From contig NC_043017.1 in the NCBI RefSeq assembly GCF_006345805.1, positions 1,798,001 to 1,862,000 of the forward strand: DNA of 64,000 nucleotides. The letters are read 5' to 3'. Each line of letters opens with the position of its first letter. Position 1 is the stretch's first letter. Made by a program: the position numbers and the translations under genes. This stretch comes from Octopus sinensis (taxonomy: Eukaryota). Of this stretch, positions 13,754 through 26,525 are shown piece after piece. Below the pieces are notes generated by a model. That model was not told where the DNA came from, ran no database searches, and was given only the letters and a program-made list of their open reading frames with translations.

Positions 13754-14692
13754 GAAACGCAATCCTGAGAAGTATGTTTGTTAATATAATAAGCTAATTG
13801 TTGAATTTATAATAATAGCGAAAACCGTGTAAACTCCGTATATTTCACAAACTGAATAATAATATTTTTATTATTTACTCAAGAATGAGTGTTGTCACCA
13901 GATGTTTCTGTATTAATCTCATTCGACTTTACCCCTTAGTTTGTGTTTCTTCGTTCTAAATAATGGTGTACGTTTTTGTATATTTTCTTAATGATTCTCC
14001 CATCACGAAATCAAGAGCTACAGCGAAGACCATGTTTCGCTGAGGAGATTATAGGACAAAGAAATGTCACGAGATTCCACCTTCAGTAATGAAAATATAG
14101 TTAGCTTGTGACTAATTTTCTTTATTCACCAAATAATTATTTTCAGTTCGCTCTCTACCCCAAAATTGTCTGAAATATGTTAACATGTTAGTCTTGGCAT
14201 AAGTCAAAAAGTACTAATATTTATTTAAAGACAATCATTGCAATACAATTTAGTAAAAATAATAGATTAAAAATACAGGAAATGTCTTTGTAGCAAATGG
14301 TTCTTTTAACGAATTTTCAATGATTTAATGGTTAATGATATTGCATAATTTTACTTGACTGTATTTAATCTATTTGAACTCAATTGCGAGTAATATTACA
14401 CAAATTGTTTCTGACATGATCACAAGATAATAGCAATCAATATTTAACCAAGTGAAAATAATTAAAATTTCATTCTCCATTTCCGGTGTATCGACCCGTT
14501 TAGAACAACAGAATCTATTCTGCAACTGTATGTAAATCTGCTGCAGTAAAACATTTTGCATTCTCAATGCGGACGTTTCAGTTAATATCGGCAGCTATTG
14601 TTTTACCGACAGAGGAAATATATTCGGAAAATAACGGAAGATTCATATCCTAAGGTGTCTTTGTCGTTGTTGCTTTTGGTCGTATTCTTATT

Positions 14693-14910
14693 TCTTTATT
14701 ACCCACAAGGGGCTAAACACAGAGGGGACAAACAAGGACAGACAAACGGATTAAGTCGATTACATCGACCCCAGAGCGTAACTGCTACTTAATTTATCGA
14801 CCCCGATAGGATGAAAGGCAAAGTCGACCTCGGCGGAATTTGAACTCAGAACGTAACGACTGACGAAATACCGCTCCGCATGTCGCCTGGCGTGCTAACG
14901 GTTCTGCCAA
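14693..14910 (-). mobile_element. SINE family A
   Basis: TTTCTTTATTACCCACAAGGGGCTAAACACAGAG tail and shared core. Further copies: 18325-18458, 27527-27756, 29334-29574, 37022-37138, 56505-56702 (all minus). Confidence 0.88.
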
Positions 14911-16439
14911 CAGGTGGCAGCAAACGATGGCGTGCGCTGTGGCAGCTAGTGGTAACCTTCATGAGTCTGTGTATCTAGTGACATCGCTGTGTTTACTTCG
15001 CAAATTGTAAAATTTGTGATCACGTGTGTCTGCAATTTGTTTTTTACAGGAAGTTGGAACAAAATCCAACGTGGAATTTTGCGATAAAAGTGAGAAGTGA
15101 AGCAGATTCTCAACCATTCTTTATCTATGGCCCTTTTGATTACTGTCTTATTCTGCTGGACACCTAAAGCCATTCAGTAGTTGAAAACTAGCCTTATAGA
15201 AATTTTTTTTCATAATTCATATTTTGTGTTACATACATTAACTGACTTGTATAGTTTGAACTAAGTAAAATGTCATAGGAAAATTATTTTAGAAGCCCTT
15301 GAAATACTAATGTGAATCCCCATTTTGCTATTTACCTGTGAGTACCCACAAAACTGTTACATAGGAACACACGGGCCATGTGATCACTGGCTAACAACTT
15401 TAAAGCATTCTAACTCTTACATTCTCATTACATATATATATATAGCTACCGTACAGCAAGTATTCACCGGATAACTTCTGTCCCCTTTTATTTCAGAAAG
15501 GCCAACGATACTCTTGTAAAAAAAAACATATAAATGATGAAAAACACCCATGGAATATACTGTATTTGGCAATATTTCAGCCTAACTTATATAAGTCTGT
15601 ATCTAACTATAACGACTTTTCTGAATACAAAACAGATAACTCCTTTTCTGGGTTATCTAAACGTCAGAATGACTTGTTTGAACAAGTAATAATCATTATT
15701 CTCTAGTGAGAGATATGTAATTGCTTTTTAGATGAGAACCAATGTCAGATGTTGTACTTCACACAATATTAAATGTTACAGTTACTTCGTTTCCTTTACA
15801 AACATTTTAGATAAAAAAAAAGTTTAAATAACATTAAAATCCGCGTTGATAACAAAAGATAACTTTAAAAACAACATATATTAATTGAATTGATCAACGA
15901 ATCCGTGAGAAACTTGAAGTAACGGATGCGATAGACTTGGAGTTTAATTTACATTTTGTATTTACAGATATGAATATATGTTTATCGCAACTTAAACGCG
16001 GCTGTCCCATATGAACCGACATTACTTCTATTTTTTACCCCAAGTGGATGACTCCTCCAGTTGGTTATTCGCTTCAAATTCCACCCGATATCTATTGCAA
16101 GCAGGGGAGTGAACCCCTACTCTCTTCCAGCCACGAGACTACTACACCATCATGTTTCTAACTCTTTGCGTCCATCTTCAGTGGTGGATACTCGTCCATT
16201 AAAGATAAAGTCCTTATGATCAAACTGATCGTACAAAGAGAAGGACATTACAAGACAAACAAATGCAACAAAGTTAAATGAGTTCGAAAGAGCATTATGT
16301 TAAACATTTACTTAAAACGTATTTTATGTAACGCTTTGTTTTTACCTTGAAACTAGAACTTTAAAAAAATAACAAGAACAAAGAAAGAAAACGAATAAAC
16401 GTTCAAAAAGATCGAACCCAGCAGCCTATAAGGCCCAGC

Positions 16440-16810
16440 AACTAGTTTTTCCTTTCATCAATGATTAAGCTGTGTTTACTGACACCCACCTTTCTCATCA
16501 CATCCTTCCATCGTTTCTCGTATACCCTCGGTGGCAGGGACTTCCTCTCGAGCCCCATCTTGCTCTTCAGATGGTATCTGAAGTAAGACAGCAAACCGGG
16601 GCCAGAGATGAAGGACCCTGTCACAGAACCTTCCATTCTAGTTCTCCAGGCACACTCATTCAGTACTGCAACCGTACAGTAAAAACAAGCCTTACCTTCC
16701 TTTGAGAGTCCAGTTGAGGTTATCATCTTTATTATAGATCCAGCCGACAGCTGTACTCGTCCCCCCCTCGTCCATTAGAGATAGCAGTTGTTCACTCTAG
16801 CTCGCAACAT
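16440..16810 (-). mobile_element. L1/Tx1-like ORF2 C-terminal relic
   Basis: ACFYCTVAVLNECAWRTRMEG...LLSYFRYHLKSKMGLERK..EKRWKDV; aligns by eye with the relic at 24560-24790. Confidence 0.5.
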
Positions 16811-17196
16811 ATAGAAGAAAAAGTGAGACACAGTCACTGACTTTGCCACAAGCAAATTACCTAAATGAGAAAATCTCTATAAAAGATGGATGCGGCAACT
16901 ATACTGAGAAGTAACGTCTATAAAAACATGCTGTATATCATTGTAAAATAAAAAGGAATAAATTTTGCGGATATGCTTGTCTCCATGTTCGTTCTCGTGA
17001 TAATTATTGTTAGTAGACACTCTAGATAATATTACCATTCAGTAAAGCGAACGCAGAATTACCCATCGGAGGAATTTACAGCATGAGTGACAAACCCTTG
17101 TAGCCATAGACGTTAAATACGAATCGATGTGTTTAGTCGTAACCTGAAACATAACTGAGAGCTAATACGGTATCCGCCCGGATAATATATCCCTCT

Positions 17197-17245
<49 letters not shown>

Positions 17246-17624
17246 ACACATATATATATATATATAATATATATATATATGCATACATACATACACACAC
17301 ATATTACATATATATATAGACATATACATAAAAACTCACTAGTGAACAAAATAACCGGACGTGTCGTTCCATTAAAAAAGTAAGTAACAAAAAAGTTCCC
17401 TTAAAAAGTAAGTGACAAACGGGCCAACACTATAGAGGTCAGGAAATCCTCATCAGCAAAGGAGCTATGATCTCCCTTGCAAACACTCTACGGACACAGA
17501 CTGTGTCGGTAGCAAACTTCTTGGGGCTTCAACAAGAGTAATATCGAGCAAGCTTGCGACAGGTTGTGCTGGTTAACATGTTACCAGCAATGCTTGAGGC
17601 CGACCTCTTTTCCCCCTCTTCCCC

Positions 17625-17660
<36 letters not shown>

Positions 17661-17816
17661 ATACACATAAACCTCATATACATACATACATACATGAGTA
17701 CCTACATACATACATGCGTACATACATACACGCATACATACATACATACATACATACATGTATGTATGTGTGTGTGTGTATGTATGTATGTATGTATGTA
17801 TGTATGTATGTATGTA

Positions 17817-17847
<31 letters not shown>

Positions 17848-18688
17848 ATGTATGTATGTATGTATGTATGTATGTATGTATGTATGTATGTATGTATGTA
17901 TGTATGTATGTGTGTGTGTGTATGTATGTATGTATGTATGTATGTATGTATGTATGTATGTATGTGTGTATGTATGAATTACACACCCCGCCAACGCACA
18001 CCCATGCACGAACATGGTTGCATCCCACGTTAAACATTTATTAAAAGACAAAATTTCTCGTTGTAAGGGAGGTAACTCCTTAAATAGTTATTTTCTGTGT
18101 TCCGCGATTATTTCCCTTTACTTGAAAATGCTGACAGTTAGTTTTCATTCAATTTTATTTTTTTTCAGTTTCGCTATAATTTCAGTGATGGCAATAATTA
18201 TTATTGAATATCTGTAGAAATAACCTCAGCAAGTGATGTAAAACGCATTGTTAACAGATCTGAACACGGTATTAACTTTAAAAAATGTACTTTATGATTA
18301 TCCTCTGGTTTCATTTTGAAATACCTATTTCTTTACTGCCCACAAGGGGCTAAACTCAGAGGGGACAAACAAGGACAGACATAGGTATTAAGTCGATTAC
18401 ATCGACCCCAGTGCGTAACTGGTACTTAATTTATCGACCCCGAAAGGATGAAAGGCAACCGCGTCCCTACATGTCATTAAAGCCTCATTATTTCATTTTG
18501 TTGATTCTGTTGTTCTCGTTGTTTTCGTTTCTGATTCTTCTGATAATATTCCTGATTTGATCACATCCTTTCTCTGGGTATCTTTGACTCTCTTAGTTGC
18601 TGTGCTCTTCGTGATGTACAGAGATTTGGTTGCTGCCACCCCGAAACATATTCAAGACACCACGCAAATTCATGTTCTTACACACACA

Positions 18689-18719
<31 letters not shown>

Positions 18720-18746
18720 CACATCCAAACACACACACACACACAC

Positions 18747-18798
<52 letters not shown>

Positions 18799-18883
18799 TG
18801 GCCAAAAGTCACCAGACAATGAATCAAGATTCCATAAATACTTTCATCAACAGCCACCACACACACAGACACACACACGCAGG

Positions 18884-18936
<53 letters not shown>

Positions 18937-19456
18937 CTGTAATTCTGTATTGACTCGAATGAAAAAAATGTGTCACTCAAGAAGGACTTCAGTTTAAAGA
19001 ATTTTCATGGTGCTTCAAATTTAGATGCTTTTATTAAATTCATTCTGTTGTTAAACATAAATAAATCTTGGAATTAGATGGTTTTGATTTACTGCCAGGT
19101 GACGTTTGGCCAAACCTGTATATAAATGCTCTGATGCTCCATCTGTATTAAACGGTCAGGCCAACTCAGCCGATTGCAAACCAGCATAAAGTGAATCGAT
19201 AAAATTCCTGCTCTTTCTAAAGTTATTGTATCTTGTGTAAACGTCTTGAAGCTATTCCTTAGAATTTGGCGATGGCACTTATAATAAAAGCGTCATAAGG
19301 ATTTTCTGTGGTATTGGCTGTAAACAGTCCAGGTTTGCAGCAAATAAATAAACGTGGATAGTAAAAATGCATGATAAACCAAAATGCACTGTTTACCTCA
19401 TATATGTATATATATATATATTTACTTTATTAAAGCAGCAGAAAATTCAACAAAAC

Positions 19457-19494
19457 CTGTTACTCTGAGTTTCACGTTTCCGTTCGTCGGACAG
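19457..19494 (-). ncRNA. Minimal type I hammerhead motif (family H2, U4C core variant), inverted copy
   Basis: Exact reverse complement of 19508-19545. Confidence 0.6.
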
Positions 19495-19507
19495 TTTTTG
19501 ATAGAAA

Positions 19508-19545
19508 CTGTCCGACGAACGGAAACGTGAAACTCAGAGTAACAG
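19508..19545 (+). ncRNA. Minimal type I hammerhead motif (family H2, U4C core variant)
   Basis: CUGU CCGACGA ACG-GAAA-CGU GAAA CUC-A-GAG U A | ACAG. All three stems pair; the core differs from CUGANGA only at U4. Confidence 0.65.
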
Positions 19546-19648
19546 GTTTTGTTGAATTTTCTGCTGCTATAAATAAAGCATATTCCTCTACCACTGGTAT
19601 TTGAGTACTCTTTTTCCACCTTGTTTCACATTTATGTGTTTACTCCGG

Positions 19649-19700
<52 letters not shown>

Positions 19701-19707
<7 letters not shown>

Positions 19708-20061
19708 TAGAGACAAAACCACTATTTTGCAAAACAAACAAGGAAAGACTTAATCAATACATAAAATTTTAATAAAAAGTTTAAAAAACCGCCACTACAA
19801 TTGTTTCATGTCTTCAATGACAATCTTCAGGTGGATTTCCGATTTTCAAATCAGTTTCAATTGTCATTGAAGACATGAAACAACTGTAGTGGCGTTTTTT
19901 TTAACTTTTTATTAAAATTTTATGTATTGATTAAGTCTTTCCTTGTTTGTTTTGCAAAATAGTGGTTTTGTCTCTAATTAATATTATATAATATTTTACT
20001 ATAAAATTGGATTTAATCCTAAATCTGATTTTTTCCCTGTAAATTTGGATTTATTCCCTAA

Positions 20062-20065
<4 letters not shown>
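19701..20065. mobile_element. TA-flanked palindromic element carrying the H3 hammerhead (Penelope pseudo-LTR-like)
   Basis: Arms 19701-19824 / 19860-19984 (few differences), 35-nt spacer, right arm continues ~80 nt to (TA)n. Confidence 0.75.
19792..19834 (-). ncRNA. Minimal type I hammerhead motif (family H3)
   Basis: Minus strand: CCAC CUGAAGA U-UGUC-AUUGAA-GACA-U GAAA C-AAUU-G U A | GUGG. Stem-loop III is the perfect palindrome ACAAUUGU. Confidence 0.78.
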
Positions 20066-20110
<45 letters not shown>

Positions 20111-20321
20111 GCCCACAAATTTTGCCTTCATCCTGTACATACATTATAATGTCTACATACATACATACTTTTTAATGGTCGATGAGTTATGCAACTCTTT
20201 GACAGGTTTTGTTTCTTTCGGGTCCAAAAATCACCTTTTCCACCGAGCAAGCTTGCGACAGGTTGTGCTGGTTTACATGTTACCAGCAATGCTCGAGGCC
20301 GACCTCTTTTCCCCCTCTTCC

Positions 20322-20356
<35 letters not shown>

Positions 20357-20475
20357 AATACACATAAACCTTATATACATACATACATACATACATACAT
20401 ACATACATACATACATACATACATACATACATACATGCATACATACATACATACATACATAAACACCAACTCAAG

Positions 20476-20810
20476 AAATACTGGTGGAATATTTCCATCA
20501 AAACTTCTGTCATATGTAAACATAACAGGGTGGACGTTGTTGTTTGGGACAGAGGGCAAAGGTATGTACCATCACAGAGGTCAGCTGCCCTGCAGATATA
20601 CTTATCTCTTTGAAAATCAAAGAAAAAAAGGATATCTATGGACAATCGCTTCGAAACGTCTAGCTTTTCTATCCAGACTATGAATTCATATTCATACCAA
20701 TAATAATTGGAGCACAAGGTTTTGTTAGTAAATGCTTAAAAGCGAATCTGGATGAACTGGGATTTTCAAAAAGAGAAATCTCAAAATTGTTTGGGAGTTA
20801 ATCCCCAAAG
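20476..20810 (+). mobile_element. REL endonuclease domain relic of an R2-superfamily LINE
   Basis: YWWNISIKTSVICKHNRVDVVVWD...EVSCPAD..IKEK..YG...FIPIIIGAQGFV; starts directly after a (CATA)n tract. Confidence 0.75.
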
Positions 20811-21044
20811 AAGTGTATGATGGTTCGTTGAATTATCTTGATTTGAACCTTAATTTGAACACGGCATCAACCGTACCTGCATTGTTGCTATATTTTGTAA
20901 TTTAGTGTAAGCATCAAACTTATCCTTTGAAGAGAAATGTATATTCGTATAATTCTTCTTAGAGTAATTTAATTCTGTATATAAATCATGTTCCTCTAAA
21001 AGAAAACACATTTTACGAGACTAATTTGCACGTTTATTATCTTA

Positions 21045-21206
21045 CTGTTTAAACTTAACAGCTGTTTCTCTGTTAATCTTAACAGCTGTTTATCTGTTAA
21101 ACTTAACGGCTGTTTCTCTGTTAAACTTAACAGCTGTTTCTCTGTTAAACTTAACGGCAGTTTCTCTGTTAAAAATCAACAGCCGTTTTTCTGTTGAAAC
21201 TTAACA
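21045..21206. repeat. 24-bp minisatellite, ~7 units
   Basis: Unit CTGTTAAACTTAACAGCTGTTTCT, decaying toward the 3' end. Confidence 0.88.
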
Positions 21207-22879
21207 TCCACTTCTCACTATATCAATACTATATCGATACATTCTTGCGCATCTCAATAATCAGTATATTTAAACACATTTTCTGAACCCTACCTTAAAA
21301 CTATCGAATGTACCTTGTGTATGCTTTTAAAACCTTACAATTCAAGAACAATTACGGAATTAATATTCTTTTGAACGACACGAAAATGTTAACATATAAA
21401 ATAATAGACTCTTACATATTTATTTATTGGTTTCTCAAGTATTTGTCAGTTATTATGTTTATCTACAAGAATACGTTGTAGCTTATCTAAATTCCCAAAT
21501 TCATTGTTTAGACAAATACTAATCTTTATTTTCTAGTCAGAGATATACCATTGCTTTTCAGCTGAAGAACAATGTCAGCTGTCATATTTCGCACATTTCA
21601 ATTACCTGGCAGGATTTAGATACGATTTAGACATGGGAGTTTATATGACTATAAAATATATTTGAGATAAAAAAACTGATTTTGTAAACAAACCTAGTTA
21701 TTAAGTAAAAAGAAAAAAAAGAAACAAAAGAAAACAGAAAACTGGAATACCTAGAAGTAGCCTATTTCTAAGTCAAATAATTTAATTTTAGCTACGTTTG
21801 TCTATATCCGACTCTGAACATATATTTTAGCTAAAGTTGTTTACAGATTCATTAAATTCTGAAGTGGTGCACGCCCTCTTTCTTTCCATATTTATCGTTA
21901 ATCCCCAGCGACTTTCTCGTTCGTATATTTCCTTCCCACCCCAACCTGTCTCTCTCTCTCTCCTTCCCCTTATCTTCCTCCCCCGTCTTTGTATGTCTGT
22001 CTGTGAGTCCCTCTCTGTCTGTCTGTGAGATTCTTTCTGTCTGTCTGTCCGACTCTCTCTCTTTCTCCCTACGCCACTTTCTCTGTATCTGTCTGTGTTT
22101 GTCAGCCTGTCTCTTTCTCTCTCTCTTTCTCTCACTCTCCTTCTCTCCTTCTCTCTTTCTCTCTCTCTCCATCTCTCTCACTCCTCTTTTTCTCTCTCAC
22201 TCACTCTTGCCAGCTTCTGTCCTTCCACGTTCTCTTAGAAACCAATCCCTTCTGTTACTGTAGGCACACTTCGATCAATTTTGTGCACAAACGGAAAATA
22301 TAAGGAGAAATGCGAAGAATTATATTTTATCTCTTATTCTCTTTCTCGGCATAAGGACGAGGAACTTCTAAAGACATACGAACATTAGAAAGCGTTGTTG
22401 CTTCTTTTAAATTTCTTCTTGTTTCGATCTTTGGATATGGTGGCCTTCGTAGCGAACTGATTTCAAGCATTTTTAATTATAAATTAGAGATTATGCAACC
22501 ATCTAAGGGATAAATGTATCCGTAGACACTCTTGGTGTATTACCTCACTATGTATAGTTCTAGCTAAAAGGCATACAGTAGTTGGTAATCTAATAGTAAA
22601 ATCGTGGTTTAATATATATAGAAAAGACATTGAGTAATAACAAAAACATTGGGAAGGGGATCATTGATATCAACAGCTGTATCTGTTTATCAAATCGAAG
22701 CAAATTTGCTTGACAACCAGTGGTGGTGTGTTTACGTCCCCGTAACTTAGCGGTTCGGCAAAAGAAACCGATAGAATAGGTACTAGGCTTCCAAAGAGTA
22801 AGTCGTGGGGTTGATTTGCTCGGCTAAAGGCTGTGCTCCAGCATGGCCGCAGTCAAATGACTGAAACAAGTAAAAGAGA

Positions 22880-22913
<34 letters not shown>

Positions 22914-23154
22914 ATACAGAAGGTGCTGCAAAAGTAGGTATACATTTACGAAAAGGAAAATACGTACAAACTCATTTATTTTTATTTTAAAAAAATTGAA
23001 AGCTACGATAAAAGTTATAATTATGATAAATGTATTATTATGCTTCTTGACATTGAAAATATCAAAAATGAGGCCAACACTAATTTCATGTGATACTTAC
23101 TGAATGCATACTTTTGCATCCACCTATGTATATGTATATGTATATATGTATATG

Positions 23155-23267
<113 letters not shown>

Positions 23268-23890
23268 CATATATATGTTGATATATATGTAGATACATAT
23301 TTATGTATGTATGTGTATGTTTAGGTATGATTTTGCAGACGTCCTCGAAAGTATATGTGTGTGTGTGTGTGAGCGTGCGTAAAGTGTGCGTACATCATAT
23401 ACGATGTAAAGCTTCAAATGAAAGTAAACTGGGAAGCAACATGATTATATTCTCGACTGATGTCTCCTATACCGAAAGACTATAAAACTCTAAGTTTGCT
23501 CGGTGTAACCGTTACCAACCTTAAGTTGTTGTACCGTAACAGTTTTTTCTTTCTTTTCGTTGCACTGGTGCATAGATGTGTGAACTGTCTGCGTCAGTAC
23601 TGATCTGCATCCGCTGCAGTAATAGCCACCGTGTGACACATTAATGATTGAATATTCTTATTGGTACAGCAGTTCTTCATTAATGTAGTTTTCTATTTAT
23701 TAGGAGAAATTTTCTGTACTAAGTCTGATACTAAATGCATGGTTTGCTGATATTGTCAGACGTGATGTTCTCTCTTGTTACAGACACAGTAAGATGCGGT
23801 AGACGCTACTTTAAGTCAGTTGATTTGGAGGTAGGATTCTACGGGATTGATGTAGGATTGGAGTAATTGTCAGCCATATCGAGAGAAAAG

Positions 23891-24290
23891 TATTGGGTTG
23901 TCCGGAAAGTTCGTGCCGATTTTTAAAAGAAAGAAAAAGGTCAATAAATACTTGCCATTACATTTTTAACCAACCAAATATGAACCATTTTGTTGCACAA
24001 CGCGTCTCCATCTTTCCTTTAACTTGAAAATACCCTCTGCCCAGATTTGAGGTGGTTTCATGGCAAATAATTCATCAAGGTATCTTTTTACGTCATCCAA
24101 GGAATTGAAATTTTTACCATTAAGACTATTCTGCAGAGACCTGAATAAGTGGAAATCCGAAGGAGCAATATCTGATAAACATGGAGGGTGAGGTAACACA
24201 TCTCAGCGGAGCTGCAGCAATTTTTGTCTGGTTCCCAAAGCATCAAGTGCCGAAAATGAACTTTCTTATCTTCCATTTTAAAGGGTTACA
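23891..24290 (-). mobile_element. Internally deleted mariner element
   Basis: TIR-like TATTGGGTTGTCCGGAAAGTTCGTGCCGATTT at 23891; N-terminal MEDKKVHFRHLMLWE joined almost directly to C-terminal LPHPPCLSDIAPSDFHLFRSLQNSL...ERWRRVVQQNGSY. Confidence 0.88.
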
Positions 24291-24559
24291 GAATTAACAC
24301 AGGTTATAGGAACATATACCTTCTTCCACGAAAAGATAGCATAAACTGTGCTCTAAATGGAGGTGGAGTCAAATTCTATTTTATGGACTCCACCATGTTC
24401 TAAAATAAGTCTGCGAAAAGATAATTCCTAAGCCAAATAAAGCAACAAGAGATGGAACAGCAAAACCATTTTATAGATTCTTATAATCCTTGACACACCA
24501 CAATATTTGAAGTGGCAACACGGTTCCAGCCCCCCATCCCCAACCACGAAAATATTCAT

Positions 24560-24790
24560 AACAGACACCACACATCGGTCTGGTGTTCTTAGTGAAAGAG
24601 ATTGTGTGGTGGACCCAGATTAAAAGTGCTGAAGACAGACACCTCCTTTGATCAAACCCTCATCAATCTTTTCAAAAACTTATTTAAATACGAAGTGGGG
24701 GTGATGAGGGGAGTGCTGTGTTCCAGTTAAAAGGTGGATGGAAGTGGCAAAAATAGTCCGAGAGAATGGAACTATTGTGAATGTGCGCCT
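24560..24790 (+). mobile_element. L1/Tx1-like ORF2 C-terminal relic
   Basis: LVKEIVWWTQIKVLKTDT..QTLINLFK... and RWMEVAKIVRENGTIVNVRL in shifted frames. Confidence 0.5.
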
Positions 24791-25619
24791 GTACAATGAG
24801 TGAGCGGAATTGCGGAGAAAGAACCTGCCATACAAGTCAGGGTAATCATGGGGTTTCTGGGAACTGCCCTCCGATTTCTTTACTACCCACAAGGGGCTAA
24901 ACACAGAGAACTGCCCTCCTGGTAACCAAAATATTCCCCACAGGCGTAATTTCAATTATTGAATTTTTGCTTTTGTGATCTTTACTGTTTACATGACTTC
25001 ATAATATACTGTGGCTTCTCGGCCAGTTTCTTAAAACTGATTTTGACATTTCTTTAAATGCAAAACTAATTTACTGAGTGACGAGGTTAGAGCTAAATTA
25101 AGGCCCCAAGGAAAATCTTTCTTTGCAGCAAAATGTTCAACTGTTAGTAATTTTTTCACGTATAATCATAGCGTCCCCAAAACAGAGACCGACAAGGCTG
25201 TGTAAAATGTTAGGATGGGAAATGGTTCCTCTCAGTACAACACTTAGTTGCCGCTAAAACTATTCCCTCAAATCAAAAGTCAGCAGTCGCTGTAACCAAA
25301 GAAACAGCGATCTGATAGACAAAGGCTAGAGGCAGAACAATAGCAACTCAAGCCATAACAACAGCCTTAGCAAAACCAGGAAACGCAACGGCAGTGTTAT
25401 GAAAGGTAACAATAGTAGCAGCAATAATATGACCAGCAGTAGCAGCAGCAGCAGCGGAAGAGGCGGCAACAGCAGCGGAAGAGGCGGCAACAGCAGCGGA
25501 AGAAACAGCAACAACCCCCACAACATCTTCAACATTAGCAACAGCATTATAAAAAACAACAAAGATCGATAGCGGCGAAGATAACATTACCTCAGGTAAC
25601 GACAACATACTTCCTTTGC

Positions 25620-26260
25620 TGGGATAACCCGTACTAAGAAGCTATACAGCCTCTCCCAATAGGATAAGCAAACCAAACTAGAGGACGCTGCTCGATTTAC
25701 GAAAATGAAGGGAGAACTGCAGCGCTTGTGCCAACCCTTGAAAATCTAGCTTCAACTGCAATAAATGCGGTAATAGAGTTCTGTTTGGTTTTAAGTACCT
25801 GTCGCCGTGAATCGGCCACGGAAACAGAAAGGGCTATGAAAGGGTATTCAAAGATATCTAAAGCAAGGCTGTTCAGCGAGGACGAAGCCATATTTAAGAC
25901 TTGAGCAGCTGAGTTCAATACTCAGTGTTCGGCTGCCGCAGTGAAGACTTCACTCTGTCCCTCACTTATTCGGGAAGAAGAGCAGCAAAGATAAAAATAC
26001 TGGGGCGTCCTACCAGGGCTGGGTCTTGGTTGAATATTGGCCTACATAGTTTTGGATGGGAAATGACAAGGCAGTTGAACAGGTAGTGTTCCTTCTACAT
26101 GTAATACCTGAACATCTGGAAAAGATCGCAACTCTCATCTCCGGGGCCAATAAGATGGAACTGCAACTAAATGTACAATGCAGAAGTTCATGATGGCATG
26201 CATGTGGAACACTCAACCACCTCAGAGCGTTCTACCAACACAATTAAAACAAGAAAAGAG
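25620..26260 (+). mobile_element. Possible LINE ORF1 relic with zinc knuckle
   Basis: IPEHLEKIATLISGANKMELQLNVQCRSS*WHACGTLNHLRAF resembles a decayed CX2CX4HX4C knuckle. Confidence 0.35.
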
Positions 26261-26349
26261 AAAGTGGCACTACTGCTGCCGACGCCATCTTTCCAACAGC
26301 ATTACCGTGCAGCAACAGAAGTAGCGTCAGGTGCAGCAGCAGCAACAGA

Positions 26350-26525
26350 GTGGAGGCGCAATGGCCCAGTGGTTAAGGCAGCCGACTCGCGGTCATAAGA
26401 GCTCGGTTTCTATTCCCAGACCGGGCATTGTAAGTGTTTATTGAGCAAAAACACCTAAGCTCCACAAGGCTCCGGCGGGGGTTGGGTGGTGAACCCTGCT
26501 GTACTCTTTCACCACAACTTTCTCT
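26350..26525 (+). mobile_element. tRNA(Arg)-like-headed SINE, family C
   Basis: GTGGAGGCGCAATGGCCCAGTGGTTAAGGCAGCCGACTCGCGGTC head; related copies at 33328-33627(-), 35615-35855(-), 42127-42393(-), 54056-54425(+). Confidence 0.8.

Larger units (their letters stand above)
19421..19650. mobile_element. TA-flanked palindromic element carrying H2 hammerheads (Penelope pseudo-LTR-like)
   Basis: Perfect 64-bp arms 19434-19497 / 19505-19568 with a 7-nt loop, then an ~80-nt tail ending at a (TA)n tract. Confidence 0.75.

Noticed and set aside
21045-21206. CRISPR-like array
   Set aside because: Units are contiguous with no unique spacers, no cas genes, eukaryotic context.
25430-25510. Poly-Ala/Gln-like coding repeat
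   Set aside because: GCA microsatellite with a 21-nt duplication; no splice or ORF support.
26350-26420. tRNA gene
   Set aside because: tRNA-like SINE head: continues into a shared SINE body and the acceptor stem does not close.
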